Assembly (NCBI GenBank): GCA_963740315.1
Contig: CAVUDP010000004.1
Coordinates: forward strand, 192,001 to 256,000
Direction of reading: 5' to 3'
Origin: an uncultured cyanobacterium
Lineage (GTDB): Bacteria; Cyanobacteriota; Cyanobacteriia; Cyanobacteriales; Nostocaceae
Length of the DNA stretch: 64,000 bases
Below the pieces are notes generated by a model, which worked only from the letters and a program-made list of their open reading frames with translations, was not told where the DNA came from and searched no databases. Each line of letters starts with the position of its first letter. Positions within the stretch are counted from its first letter, which is position 1. Shown one piece after another: positions 1 through 10,500 of the stretch. Both the position numbers and the translations under genes were made by a program.

Positions 1-1196
1 AGCATATTCAACAAGCTTTAAGAATAGACAAATCGTTCATGATCTGCTATAATTCCACGGGTTTTGAAGCCGAATTATCTTTAAAATTGGCAGTACCGCT
101 GTATGCTGCTGCTCCAGATTTGCAGATTTGGGGCACAAAAAGCGGTTCTAGAGAAATTTTTGCAGAAGCTGAAGTACCCCATCCAGATGGTAGTGAAAGG
201 ATGTGGAATGTCTCAGATTTAGCAGAAGCGGCGGCTCAATTATGGGAACGTCAGCCTACGTTAAAAAGGATGGTAGTAAAACTTAATGAAGGAATTTCTG
301 GGGAAGGAAATGCGCTGTTAGATTTAAGACCGATTCCTGAAGTAGCACCAGATAAAGCTTCTCATCAACAAAGAGTAGCTTCTATTACTGAAAATTTTAA
401 TAAAATGAGTTTTCAAGCAAAACAAGAAAATTGGTCAACATTTTCTGTTCGTATACCTGAATTAGGAGCGATCGTAGAAGCATTTGTGGAAGGTTCGGTT
501 AAGCTTTCACCCAGTGTTCAAGGAAGTATTACGCCGACAGGAGAAGTGGAAATTCTTTCGACACACGACCAAATTTTAGGTGGTCCCGACGGTCAAATTT
601 TTCTGGGCTGTAAGTTTCCTGCCGATGAAGACTACCGATTGCAGTTACAGCAATTAGGCTTACAAGTTGGTCGCAAATTAGCAGAAAAAGGTGCATTAGA
701 AAGATATGGTGTAGATTTCATCGTCGTTAAGCAAAATGATGGAACATGGGATATCCAGGCAATTGAAATCAATTTGCGAAAAGGTGGTACTACCCATCCC
801 TTTATGACCTTGAAACTACTTACAAACGGTCGCTACGATCTATCTACAGGCTTATTTTATTCCCAGCAAGGAAAACCAAAATATTATATTGCTACCGACA
901 ACCTGCAAAAAGACCGCTACAAAGGACTTTTACCCAACGATTTGATGGATATCATCGCTCAACACAGATTGCATTTCGACACCGGAACCGAAACGGGTAC
1001 GGTATTTCACCTAATGGGTTGTCTCTCAGAATTTGGTAAATTAGGATTAACCAGCATCGGTGATTCCCCGCAACAAGCAGAAGAAATTTATAACAGAGTG
1101 GTAAAAGTCCTTGATGAAGAAACCCCAAACCGCGAAAATGATTTCTCCTTACTATCAAAACAAATTTTTCCAATTTCTTGGGAACGCTCTAGTTAA
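1..1196 (+). CDS. ATP-grasp peptide ligase PGM1-related protein, 5' end outside the window
   Basis: Frame is open upstream of the listed start at 39 (HIQQALRIDKSF). ATP-grasp motifs VVKLNEGISGEGN, YGVDF and IEINLRKGGTTHP. Confidence 0.8.
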   Translation, partial: HIQQALRIDKSFMICYNSTGFEAELSLKLAVPLYAAAPDLQIWGTKSGSREIFAEAEVPHPDGSERMWNVSDLAEAAAQLWERQPTLKRMVVKLNEGISGEGNALLDLRPIPEVAPDKASHQQRVASITENFNKMSFQAKQENWSTFSVRIPELGAIVEAFVEGSVKLSPSVQGSITPTGEVEILSTHDQILGGPDGQIFLGCKFPADEDYRLQLQQLGLQVGRKLAEKGALERYGVDFIVVKQNDGTWDIQAIEINLRKGGTTHPFMTLKLLTNGRYDLSTGLFYSQQGKPKYYIATDNLQKDRYKGLLPNDLMDIIAQHRLHFDTGTETGTVFHLMGCLSEFGKLGLTSIGDSPQQAEEIYNRVVKVLDEETPNRENDFSLLSKQIFPISWERSS

Positions 1197-1198
1197 GA

Positions 1199-1365
1199 AT
1201 TGGGAGTTAGGAGTAGGGAGTAGGGAGTAGGGAGTAGGGAGTAGGGAGTAGGGAGTTAGGAGTTAAGAGTTTTAAATTTCTCCCCATCTCCCCCGAACCC
1301 CATCTCCCCCGAACCCCCGAACCCCCTCTCCCCATCTTCCCCCTCTCCCCATCTCCCCCCTCTCA
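1199..1365. repeat. STRR tandem repeats (GGGAGTA)n and CCCCATCT/CCCCGAAC units
   Basis: Direct tandem 7-8-mers between genes. Confidence 0.9.
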
Positions 1366-1576
1366 TCACATTTCCTTAAAAATAGAAAATCAAAAAGCTT
1401 TCTGTATTAACTAGCCATAAGTGAAAGATGTAAAAGGAAGAATATCTCATAATCAGCCCAATCGCTAAAATCTTGATAGAAATCATACCTGTTTAGATGA
1501 ATTCCCAATTCTTAACTCTTAACTCCTAACTCCTGACTTGCTTCTCCCATGCCCAATCCCCCATGCCCAATTCTCA

Positions 1577-3301
1577 ATGTCTCAACCTAATTTAAATGCG
1601 ATTCACTGCGTAAACCCCCATTGTTCCCGCCCTTATCCCCAACCTTGGGGAAATAAATTTTGCCTTGCTTGTGGCGCACAATTACAACTTCACAGTAGAT
1701 TTATTCCTCTCGAACGTTTGGGTTCGGGTGGTTTTGCTCGCATTTACACGGTTTGGGATATTGAGACGCAAACTGAAAAAGTTTTGAAGGTGCTGGTGGA
1801 GACTTCGCCCAAAGCATTGGAATTATTTGCCCAAGAAGCTGAGGTTTTGCAAGGCTTGAAGCATGGGGGCGTTCCTCAAGTTGAACCGGGTGGGTATTTT
1901 TTCCACGATCTCTCAAGTTCTACGGATGAGTTGAATTTACCTTGTTTGATCATGGAAAAAATCAACGGTCAAACTTTGGAGGAAATTCCTTATTTGTATC
2001 CCCAAGGTTGTCCTCAAGAATTAGTATTGGACTGGTTGAAGCAGGCGGTGGATATTTTACGACATCTCCACGAACACATGATTATTCACCGTGACATCAA
2101 ACCTTCAAACTTGATGCTACGCGATCCGAGTCCCAACTTAGAAGACTCTCAATTGGTGCTAATCGATTTTGGTGGTGCCAAACATTTTAGCGTTGCTGCT
2201 TCAGAACGCCAATCCAGTTCCACCAGATTATTTTCCACTGGCTACAGCCCGCCAGAACAAGTCACCGGACGCAATGTGGGACCTAGTGCCGATTTTTATG
2301 CCCTGGCAAGAACGATGATTGAATTGCTTACGGGTAAAAATCCTCAAGACTTAGAAGATCCGCTGACGGGAACATTGCGCTGGCGGGAAGCACTAAAGCT
2401 TTCGGTAAATGGTAGCGATGTCAACCCCCTAATGATAGATTTGCTCGATGATATGGCACAAGAAGAAGTGCGATCGCGTCCAGAAAATGCGGTAATCGTG
2501 CAAAAGCGTTTGGCGCAGATAATCAGATCGACATCATATGTACCAGCACGCCAGCGAAAAAATGTTTTCAAGGGAACCCAAGAATTTATCCAACAATTTA
2601 TTGTGGGGACAGCTAGCGGTTTAAGTCAAACTACACATTTAACATTTAAAGCAATTGTAGGAATAATTCGCGGCTGCTTTGAAACCCTATGGACAATGAT
2701 TTTAGCGAGTATCGGCGCTTGTATAGGTACCATTGCCGGATTTTTTCTCGCATTTGGGACAGCTTTAGGCGATAAAGTTGGGATAATTGTTGCAAACTTA
2801 CTGCAAGCTTTTACATCTAACCCGCAACCAATATTAGGCTCAGAAATAGTTTTATTTGCAGCATCCGGGTTGGGAACCGCTTGGGGAATAACCCTAGCAG
2901 GGGGCTTCAATCAAAAGCGAAGATTTTTAATAGCATCATTAATGGGAATAATCGGTTATGGCGGAGGCTGGTTTATTTTACAGTTGATTGCACCGCAACA
3001 AGGAGAAGCATGGGTAGGACTGATATTATTTGCCATATCCCTGCTGACTCTAGGTTTAGGACTTCGTTCCCATCAAATCATTCACGCCATAATGACTGCA
3101 TTTGGTACCGCAATTATATTTGCAGGCTTAATAAACTTAGGTTTATCACCATCTATATTAAACTCGTCTACCCCCTTCGATCTATCACAACTGTGGCTCA
3201 AAATAGCCTTTTTCAGTATGTTGAGCATATTCATGAGTTTTTGGCTAGGAATCAGCAATTACCTAATCGTTCCCGCTTTGAAGCTTTTAGGCTGGAGGTG
3301 A
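1577..3301 (+). CDS. Hanks-type Ser/Thr protein kinase with N-terminal Cys4 motif and multi-pass membrane C-terminus
   Basis: CxxxxC...CxxC prefix, LGSGGFA, HRDIKPSN, DFG, GYSPPE, several hydrophobic segments. ATG at 1577 preferred because the listed TTG start lies in repeat DNA. Confidence 0.9.
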   Translation: MSQPNLNAIHCVNPHCSRPYPQPWGNKFCLACGAQLQLHSRFIPLERLGSGGFARIYTVWDIETQTEKVLKVLVETSPKALELFAQEAEVLQGLKHGGVPQVEPGGYFFHDLSSSTDELNLPCLIMEKINGQTLEEIPYLYPQGCPQELVLDWLKQAVDILRHLHEHMIIHRDIKPSNLMLRDPSPNLEDSQLVLIDFGGAKHFSVAASERQSSSTRLFSTGYSPPEQVTGRNVGPSADFYALARTMIELLTGKNPQDLEDPLTGTLRWREALKLSVNGSDVNPLMIDLLDDMAQEEVRSRPENAVIVQKRLAQIIRSTSYVPARQRKNVFKGTQEFIQQFIVGTASGLSQTTHLTFKAIVGIIRGCFETLWTMILASIGACIGTIAGFFLAFGTALGDKVGIIVANLLQAFTSNPQPILGSEIVLFAASGLGTAWGITLAGGFNQKRRFLIASLMGIIGYGGGWFILQLIAPQQGEAWVGLILFAISLLTLGLGLRSHQIIHAIMTAFGTAIIFAGLINLGLSPSILNSSTPFDLSQLWLKIAFFSMLSIFMSFWLGISNYLIVPALKLLGWR

Positions 3302-3303
3302 GA

Positions 3304-3530
3304 AGGGATGGGGGGATAGGGGGATGGGGGGACAAGGGGACAAGGGGACAAGGGGACAAGGGGACGAGAAATTTTACTCTTCATCTCTTACTCCCTTCTC
3401 GCTCAGCCGCGATTACCGATACAATTTCTTCTCTTCCTACTCCCTACTCCCTACTCCCTACTTCCTACTCCTAACTCCTAACTCCCTACTCCCTACTCCC
3501 TACTCCCTACTCCCTACTCCCTACTCCCTA
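3304..3530. repeat. STRR arrays (GGGGACAA)n and (CCCTACT)n
   Basis: Visible tandem repeats. Confidence 0.9.
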
Positions 3531-3619
3531 CAAAAGTGAATCCCTCCGCCACCATATAACTGGGCTAGAGGGATTCGATAATTCGTTGACTATAGAGCTT
3601 TCGGTATATTTCTCGATGT
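3531..3619 (-). ncRNA. Probable small regulatory RNA, PsrR1/SyR1 (CsiR1)-like
   Basis: Minus strand: TACAAT -10 box (3629-3624), a ~90-nt ORF-free unit ACATCGAGAAATATACCGAAAGCTCTATAGTC..., then a GAATCCCTC...GAGGGATTC hairpin and CTTTT. Family assignment is from recalled similarity only. Confidence 0.6.
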
Positions 3620-3794
3620 CACTATTGTAAGTCGCGTATATGGAATTGAGTAGTTCAAAACGAACAGTTTACAACTTTTTTATAATTTTTTTATGATTTC
3701 TTCATACTTGTTATATAATAAGCAGCTTGTATATGTAAATATAGCAGTACATAATTGTTTAAAACCCTTAGCTTCATAATTATTTCTAAAGAAT

Positions 3795-4358
3795 ATGAGA
3801 TTAAAAATTGTTGGTAGTATTACGATGCTCGCTTGTTTTGGATTTATAGGACAAGTTAAAGCATTAAATCCGCAAGATATAGAACTTTTTAAGGCAAGTG
3901 GCTCTTGTCCGAGGTGCGATTTAAGTGGCGCTGATTTGTCGCAAGCTAATTTGTCAGGAGTAAATTTACGGGATGCGAATTTAAAGGGTGCAAATTTAAC
4001 AGGTGCCAATTTGTCAAATGCCGATCTTACAGGTGCGGATTTACAAGATGCTGTTTTAAATAACGCTAATCTTTCAGGTGCTTCTTTAATGGGCACTAAT
4101 CTGAGATCGGCTTCTATGGAAAATGCCAATTTGTCTTATGCTGCTTTAATGAGTGCAAATTTATCGGCAGCTAATTTAACTGGAGCAAGTTTATTTTTAA
4201 CCAACTTCCGAGGAGCAAATTTCCGATTAACTACTTTGAGTAATGGTATTGTTTCATCTGATAAGCCTTATTGGTGGGCTTCACAGTCGGAAAGCACTAA
4301 AGATTGCAACAAGTTTAAATACGATAGAGTTCCCGGTACAACTTGTTACAATGAATAA
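3795..4358 (+). CDS. Exported pentapeptide-repeat protein
   Basis: Signal peptide, CPRCDLSGA and many A(D/N)LxG repeats. Confidence 0.92.
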   Translation: MRLKIVGSITMLACFGFIGQVKALNPQDIELFKASGSCPRCDLSGADLSQANLSGVNLRDANLKGANLTGANLSNADLTGADLQDAVLNNANLSGASLMGTNLRSASMENANLSYAALMSANLSAANLTGASLFLTNFRGANFRLTTLSNGIVSSDKPYWWASQSESTKDCNKFKYDRVPGTTCYNE

Positions 4359-4489
4359 ATGTAATTGATAGTTAATAATCTTTAAAAACTTGGTTTTTTG
4401 AAAAAGCCAGGTTTCTTAATAGACATCTGCTTTCTTTGCACGCAAACATAATCCTCTTTACTAAATCTGGCAGTGCAAGCTTTCTCTAG

Positions 4490-4535
4490 TTCCCAGGCTC
4501 AGCCTGGGAACCCCGGTTTTAGAGGCTCCGCCTCC
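4490..4535. repeat. REP-like palindrome GTTCCCAGGCT-C-AGCCTGGGAAC with a second small hairpin
   Basis: Perfect 11-bp inverted repeat followed by GAGGCTCCGCCTC. Confidence 0.65.
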
Positions 4536-4665
4536 TGACTGTTGCATGGCGACGTATAAATTGTTTTTTCTGCCTATTGCCTACTCCCTACTTTCTTGTC
4601 CGGCGTTGCAATTTTCAATGCCGATCTACTTACTCAATTAAATTCAGATTAAGTATGTCTGCAAT

Positions 4666-5151
4666 TTAGACTTCTGCTTCCGTTCCTAAGATAAAATTAA
4701 TCAGCGGCGCACAACGGTAAACCATTGCAGCACGGCTATCAACACCAAGTTTAATAAAAGTTCTACGTAAGTGAGTTGAAACAGTCCACTCACTAATTTT
4801 CAATCGATTACCAATTTGTTTATTTGAATAACCCAGAGCAACAAAAGCAGCAATTTGTAATTCTCGTGCAGTCAAAAAATCTGGTATGGCAGGCTCTTCA
4901 CTTTTGAATGTATCTTTAGCTTTTATAATTAAGCAGTATCGATCTTGAATTTCAATTCGTCCGACAACCGAATAGTAATTAGCTTCCTCAGATGGAACTA
5001 AATCGTGTTCTGCATAATCTTCTGAATCTTTGCCAAACCAAATAATCATATATTTGGAGTCTTGCAAGCAAAATTCACCTAAAATTCCTAATCCAATGGA
5101 TTGGGCTAATGTTTGAAGACAAGCTTTATGTGGTTCTTTTAAATTATTCAT
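4666..5151 (-). CDS. LuxR/GerE-family HTH transcriptional regulator without receiver domain
   Basis: LTARELQIAAFVALGYSNKQIGNRLKISEWTVSTHLRRTFIKLGVDSR. Confidence 0.92.
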   Translation of the reverse strand: MNNLKEPHKACLQTLAQSIGLGILGEFCLQDSKYMIIWFGKDSEDYAEHDLVPSEEANYYSVVGRIEIQDRYCLIIKAKDTFKSEEPAIPDFLTARELQIAAFVALGYSNKQIGNRLKISEWTVSTHLRRTFIKLGVDSRAAMVYRCAPLINFILGTEAEV

Positions 5152-5188
5152 AGAACTTTAATTGGATAAAGAAATAGAAGAAAGTCTG

Positions 5189-6043
5189 CTAAAGTTGATA
5201 CCAAAACCCTTGAATGTTTGTCCAAAGATAATTTTCTGATTCTGAATTTTGTATTTCCTCAGAAGAAAATCTCTGACTTACCAGATTTTTTTTCGGTTTA
5301 ATTTGAGGTAAAGCAGAAGGAACTACCAAGTGCAAAACAACAATATGGATATCAGCCCAAAAAAGTTTAGCTAATCCAACACTAGTAATTAATTGACGTA
5401 AATATTCCCGTTCAACAGCAACGGTTGGATCTGTTCCTATTAAAGGTTGGCAATTTATATTCCAACTCTCCAAGGCTTTACATATATCTGGCGGAAGATT
5501 TTTGTCATAATCGGAAGGTAATTGATAGGTAAGAATAAATGCAGATCCTAAACTAGCGGCAAGTGCTACTGCATCTCGAAAAGCTAAGGTTAAAACATCA
5601 TTGGTTGGGGGAAGCTGGTTAATTTGGCTATCCAAAGAACGCGCTAAAGTTTCCCAATGTGAAAAAATTTCCGGTTCCCTATTTTTAGGAAGTAATGATT
5701 CGCGCAGGTTATCTCCCAGCCAGAATAAATTTAACCGATTTAGGTCTGTTTCTCCTCGCACTCTTTCCCATTCTTTTAAAGACCAAAGCATTTGTTCCAA
5801 AAAGTTGCGTCTCTCAAACAGCGTTATTGAAGACGTATTAATTTTTGGGATAACTAATTCCGGTCGTTCCAAGTAAAGGTTTATATTATCAAGAATGTAC
5901 CAGAGTTCTCGCACTACCCATAATTCCATCACTTCTCCCAAGTTTTTATATAGAAGTAATCCGGAAGGAGATAAGGCGAGGGCTGGATCTATTACGCAGC
6001 GAGGACGTTGTAGATTACTTTTTAACAAACTTTCTGCCTGCAT
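5189..6043 (-). CDS. Hypothetical protein, possibly PIN-like fold
   Basis: 284-aa ORF co-oriented with the LuxR gene. CVIDP, VVREL and RDAVALAASLGSAFILT resemble the PIN motif pattern. Confidence 0.7.
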   Translation of the reverse strand: MQAESLLKSNLQRPRCVIDPALALSPSGLLLYKNLGEVMELWVVRELWYILDNINLYLERPELVIPKINTSSITLFERRNFLEQMLWSLKEWERVRGETDLNRLNLFWLGDNLRESLLPKNREPEIFSHWETLARSLDSQINQLPPTNDVLTLAFRDAVALAASLGSAFILTYQLPSDYDKNLPPDICKALESWNINCQPLIGTDPTVAVEREYLRQLITSVGLAKLFWADIHIVVLHLVVPSALPQIKPKKNLVSQRFSSEEIQNSESENYLWTNIQGFWYQL

Positions 6044-7243
6044 TACCTGACAATCTCTTATGAATTGATTAGTTGCTTATCAGTTCGGAATGAGAACCAT
6101 TTACTTGATATGTAAACAAGCGTAAATCCTTTGCAACAACAATATCAACGTAATCAAGCGCAATTATATGCATAGTTTTTATATGCTTCTTGCTTCACAA
6201 TTGGATTTTAGCAATCAATAAGGCTGGAAACAAAAATTTGCAGTTCGCTATAACTAAGGGTATTTAAAAACAGTAGTTAGCAACTCTTATCTATTCCAAT
6301 TGAATCTTTTGTTTCACTTTTGCCCTACCTCTTTCTAAAGATATGAACTAACAATTGTTAATTCCTCACAGTATATACATCCGAAATTCTACAGTCAAGC
6401 TTTCTCTTGTTTAGATGCACGTCAAAGTTATTTAACTAGTATATACCAAGTTGTTTTTTTATCACAACAATCAATTAATTATTTCCATTATTTTTGAGCT
6501 ATATACTCCTCAAAAACCGACTATGCAAGAAGTGAGTCGATTCAAAGATTGTATTAAGATAATTAAATTTTAAAAAATGTGTAACTTTTTATAGGCAATA
6601 AAAATATTATTACCATGCTTTTAATGTCACCGTATACTAACTTGACTTTTTAAAATCTTAGTTTCAAGTTTTGATAAGTTATGCCAAATTAACTCAAAAG
6701 GCAGTTTGTATTTTAACTAACATATGTTTAAATCTAAAATCAGGCATCTGTCTGAGGTATGGTTGTAATTATTACAATATCCTAGTTATAGATTCCAACG
6801 AGATTTTTGAGTATTACTTGTAGTTGAATTATTTACTTTAATTGCGAACATCAAATTCTCCTAAGAAAGATTAAAGTAGATTTCTCAGAATTAAGATAAA
6901 TTCGCCAATTCTAAATTCGTATCTCCGATGAAAACAAACAAGCTTTTATCAAACCCGCACTTTTTTTAGAAGTATCTTTCATAGGGAAGTAATCGTTGCG
7001 ATCGTTGCGTGACGCATCTTTCAAGTTTGTTAAACGATATCGCAGCAGCATTATTAACAAAATCTAAGTAAACCAAGCTTTTCAAGAAATTAACCGGGTT
7101 TTGGGTTTTAATCGCCATCAAAACAAAGTTTCCTTTCGATCCAAGATAATGCTAACAAGGTTACATTGTATCGTTTTTTCTTCAAGCATCTGTATTTTAA
7201 ACGTCATTTTTGTGACTCAGTAGGCAAAGTTATTACTTAGGGG

Positions 7244-7261
7244 GTAGCATATTTGTGCTAC
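7244..7261. promoter_or_regulatory. Candidate operator, inverted repeat GTAGCA-N6-TGCTAC
   Basis: Dyad about 280 bp upstream of the PKS start, in the divergent intergenic region. Confidence 0.4.
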
Positions 7262-7540
7262 TTCAAATAAACTACTGTGAAAAGGTGACTTGTCATGGCT
7301 GTATTATCGTTTTATTACTAAGGTAATTAAGGCAGCATTATATTTTTCGCAATAATGAAGACAAAAGTTTCTGTCTGCTGGTAATGAATATATTGATTCA
7401 TAATTAACGCTCTTATTAAGCAACTATTTAAATCCATACCTCCGATTTCACACCAGCCATCAGTTTAAATAGTTCCAGTTCACCCTAAAAAAGTTTTCCA
7501 CAATATCATAATCGAGGGTATTGAATTTTCTTCATGCCAA

Positions 7541-10500
7541 ATGCTAACTAATAAAATTGGCGCGGCTTTAGCTCAGTTTCACAAGGAAATTGACGATTGC
7601 GAACAAGCGCTGCAAAAGCTAATAAAGGTAAAAAAAATGACAGACGATCGCTCTGTAAAAATTAGTAAAACTAATACACAATTGCAACAAACTCCCATAG
7701 CAATTATCGGCATGGGTTCGGTGTTTCCACAAGCAAAGAATTTACAGGAATATTGGGAAAAAATTATTGTCGGTGCAGACTGTATTACTGATGTTCCCGC
7801 GTCGCGGTGGAATGTAGAGGATTATTACGACCCCGATCCGAAAGCACCCGATAAAACTTACTGTAAAAGAGGCGGGTTTATCCCCGACATCGACTTTAAT
7901 CCGATGGAGTTTGGACTACCTCCGAATCAGTTAGAGGTAACGGATATTTCGCAGTTGCTAGCTTTGGTGGTTGCCAAACAGGCGCTTTCTGATGCGGGTT
8001 ATGCCGAGAGTGGGTTCAATCACGATCGCACCGGGGTAATTTTGGGGGTAGCATTAGCAAGGCAGCTGACAATGCCTTTGGCTGCGAGATTGCAGTATCC
8101 TATTTGGGAAAAAGTTCTCAAAAATAAAGGTTTATCGGACGAAGATACACAAAATATTATTGAAAAAATTAAAAGCGCTTATATTAATTGGGATACCAAT
8201 GCTTTTCCAGGGATGCTGGCGAATGTGGTAGCGGGAAGAATCGCCAATCGCTTTGATTTTGGCGGAACTAACTGCGTTATTGATGCTGCTTGCGCGAGTT
8301 CGTTGAGTGCATTGTCGATGGCGATCGCTGAATTAGCCGATCGCCGTGCGGATATGATGCTGACGGGTGGAGTTGACACGGATAACTCGATTCTTGCTTA
8401 TATGTGTTTCAGCAAAACCCCGGCTGTCTCACCGGGAGAAAACGTGAAACCGTTTGATGCAGAGTCTGACGGAATGATGTTGGGTGAAGGTATCGGGATG
8501 TTGGTACTCAAGCGTTTGGAAGATGCCGAGCGCGATAACGATAAAATATATGCGGTAATTAAAGGTGTGGGAACTTCCAGCGATGGAAGGCACAAAAGTA
8601 TCTACGCACCGCGTGCCGAAGGACAAATGAAAGCTTTGGAGCGTGCCTACGAGCGGGCTGGATTTGCACCGCAAACTGTTGGTTTAATTGAAGCCCACGG
8701 TACGGGGACAATGGCAGGCGATCCGGCAGAATTCGCCGCGTTGAAAGCTGTCTTTAGCAAAGATAATCCCTTACAATCTACCGCCCTCGGTAGCGTTAAA
8801 TCTCAGATTGGACACACCAAAGCAGCAGCAGGAGCAGCAAGTTTAATTAAAACAGCTTTGGCTTTGCACCATAAGGTTTTGCCACCGACGATTAACGTTA
8901 CCAAACCAAATCCTAAGTTAGGAATTGATGATTCGCCGTTTTATCTAAATACTCAAACTCGCCCTTGGCTGCAATTTGGCGAAACACCCCGACGCGCCGG
9001 TGTCAGTTCTTTTGGTTTTGGCGGCACTAACTTTCATATTGTTTTGGAAGAATACCGCACTCAGAATGAAGCTTATCGCATTCACCGCACTCCTCAAGAG
9101 TTAATATTTTCTGCGGCTTCCCCCGAAGAGTTATTGGCTAAATGCGAATCGGTATTAGTTCAGCTATCGGATGCAGCAGAAGAATGTTATCTGGAATTAG
9201 TTAATCAAAGTAAATCGTTAGAAATCCCGGTAACAGCCGCGAGATTGGGATTTGTTGCTGGCTCTGTAGCTGAAACAGTCAATAAGTTACAGATATGCAT
9301 AAAATGGTTTAAAAAACAACCAGAAGCGGAAAATTGGGAGCTTCCCCAGGGAGTATATTACCGCAAGACGGGAATGGAATTGCAGGGAAAAGTTGTAGCT
9401 TTATTTTCCGGACAAGGTTCGCAATACTTGGAAATGGGACGAGAAGTAGTAATGAATTTCCCAGTATTGCAGCAAACTTACAGTCAAGTTGATAATTTGT
9501 TTTGTAAAGCAGGTTTATCCCCGATTTCCGAGAAAGTATTTCCCGCACCCGTGTTTGACACGGCGCAAAGACAAGTGCAAGCACAAGCTTTGCAGCAAAC
9601 CGAAATATCTCAACCGGCAATTGGTGCATTTAGCGTTGGATTGTACAAGTTATTGCAACAAGCTGGCTTTAAACCGGATATCGTCGCCGGACATAGTTTT
9701 GGCGAATTGACGGCATTATGGGCGGCAGAAGTTCTGTGCGATCGCGATTACTTCTATTTGGTGAAAGAGCGGGGACAAGCTATGGCGAAACCCGACGATT
9801 CAGAGCGGGATACCGGAGCGATGCTTGCTGTTAAGGGTGATGTGTCCAAAGTTAAAGAGATACTTACACAGTTTCCCGAAGTCAAACTTGCTAACTGCAA
9901 TTCTCCCAAGCAGGTAGTTTTGGCAGGAGCTACCGAGGGAATTACTCAAATAAAGCAGGTTTTAACCGATAAAGGCTTTTCGGCGATTAGCTTACCTGTT
10001 TCCGGTGCTTTCCACACACAGTTGATTGGCTATGCTCAAAAACCCTTTGTGAAAGCAGTTCAAGAAGTAAGTTTTAATACTCCTAAGCTACCGATTTATA
10101 CGAATACAACAGCTACACTTTACCCTCAAGAGCCTGAAGCAATTAGAAAAAATTTGCAGGCACACATCAGTCAATCGGTACTGTTTGAGCAAGAAATTGA
10201 GAATATCTATGACAAAGGCGGTTATTGCTTTGTTGAATTTGGTCCGAGAAGCATTTTAACTAACTTAGTGCATGAGATTTTAGGCTCCCGCCCTCACATG
10301 GCGATCGCACTTAATGGTAGCCGCCAAAAAGACAGCGATGCTCAACTTCGAGAAGCTGTAGTGCAATTGCGCGTTGCTGGTTTACAGTTAGCTAATCTCG
10401 ACCCCCATCAGTTGGAACTCAAGCTGCAAGCTCCGTCCAAACAAGCTTTAAATGTAAGTTTGGGTAGCTCTAACTATGTTTCTGACAAAACTAAGGCGGC

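Noticed and set aside
3536..3580. tRNA or tmRNA 3'-end-like text (TCGAATCCC..., CCACCA)
   Set aside because: No cloverleaf or tmRNA body; better explained as the terminator hairpin of the minus-strand sRNA.
3680..4129. 149-aa minus-strand ORF
   Set aside because: Antisense shadow of the pentapeptide-repeat gene.
8321..8328. Frequent GCGATCGC octamers throughout the window
   Set aside because: HIP1, a well-known cyanobacterial feature.
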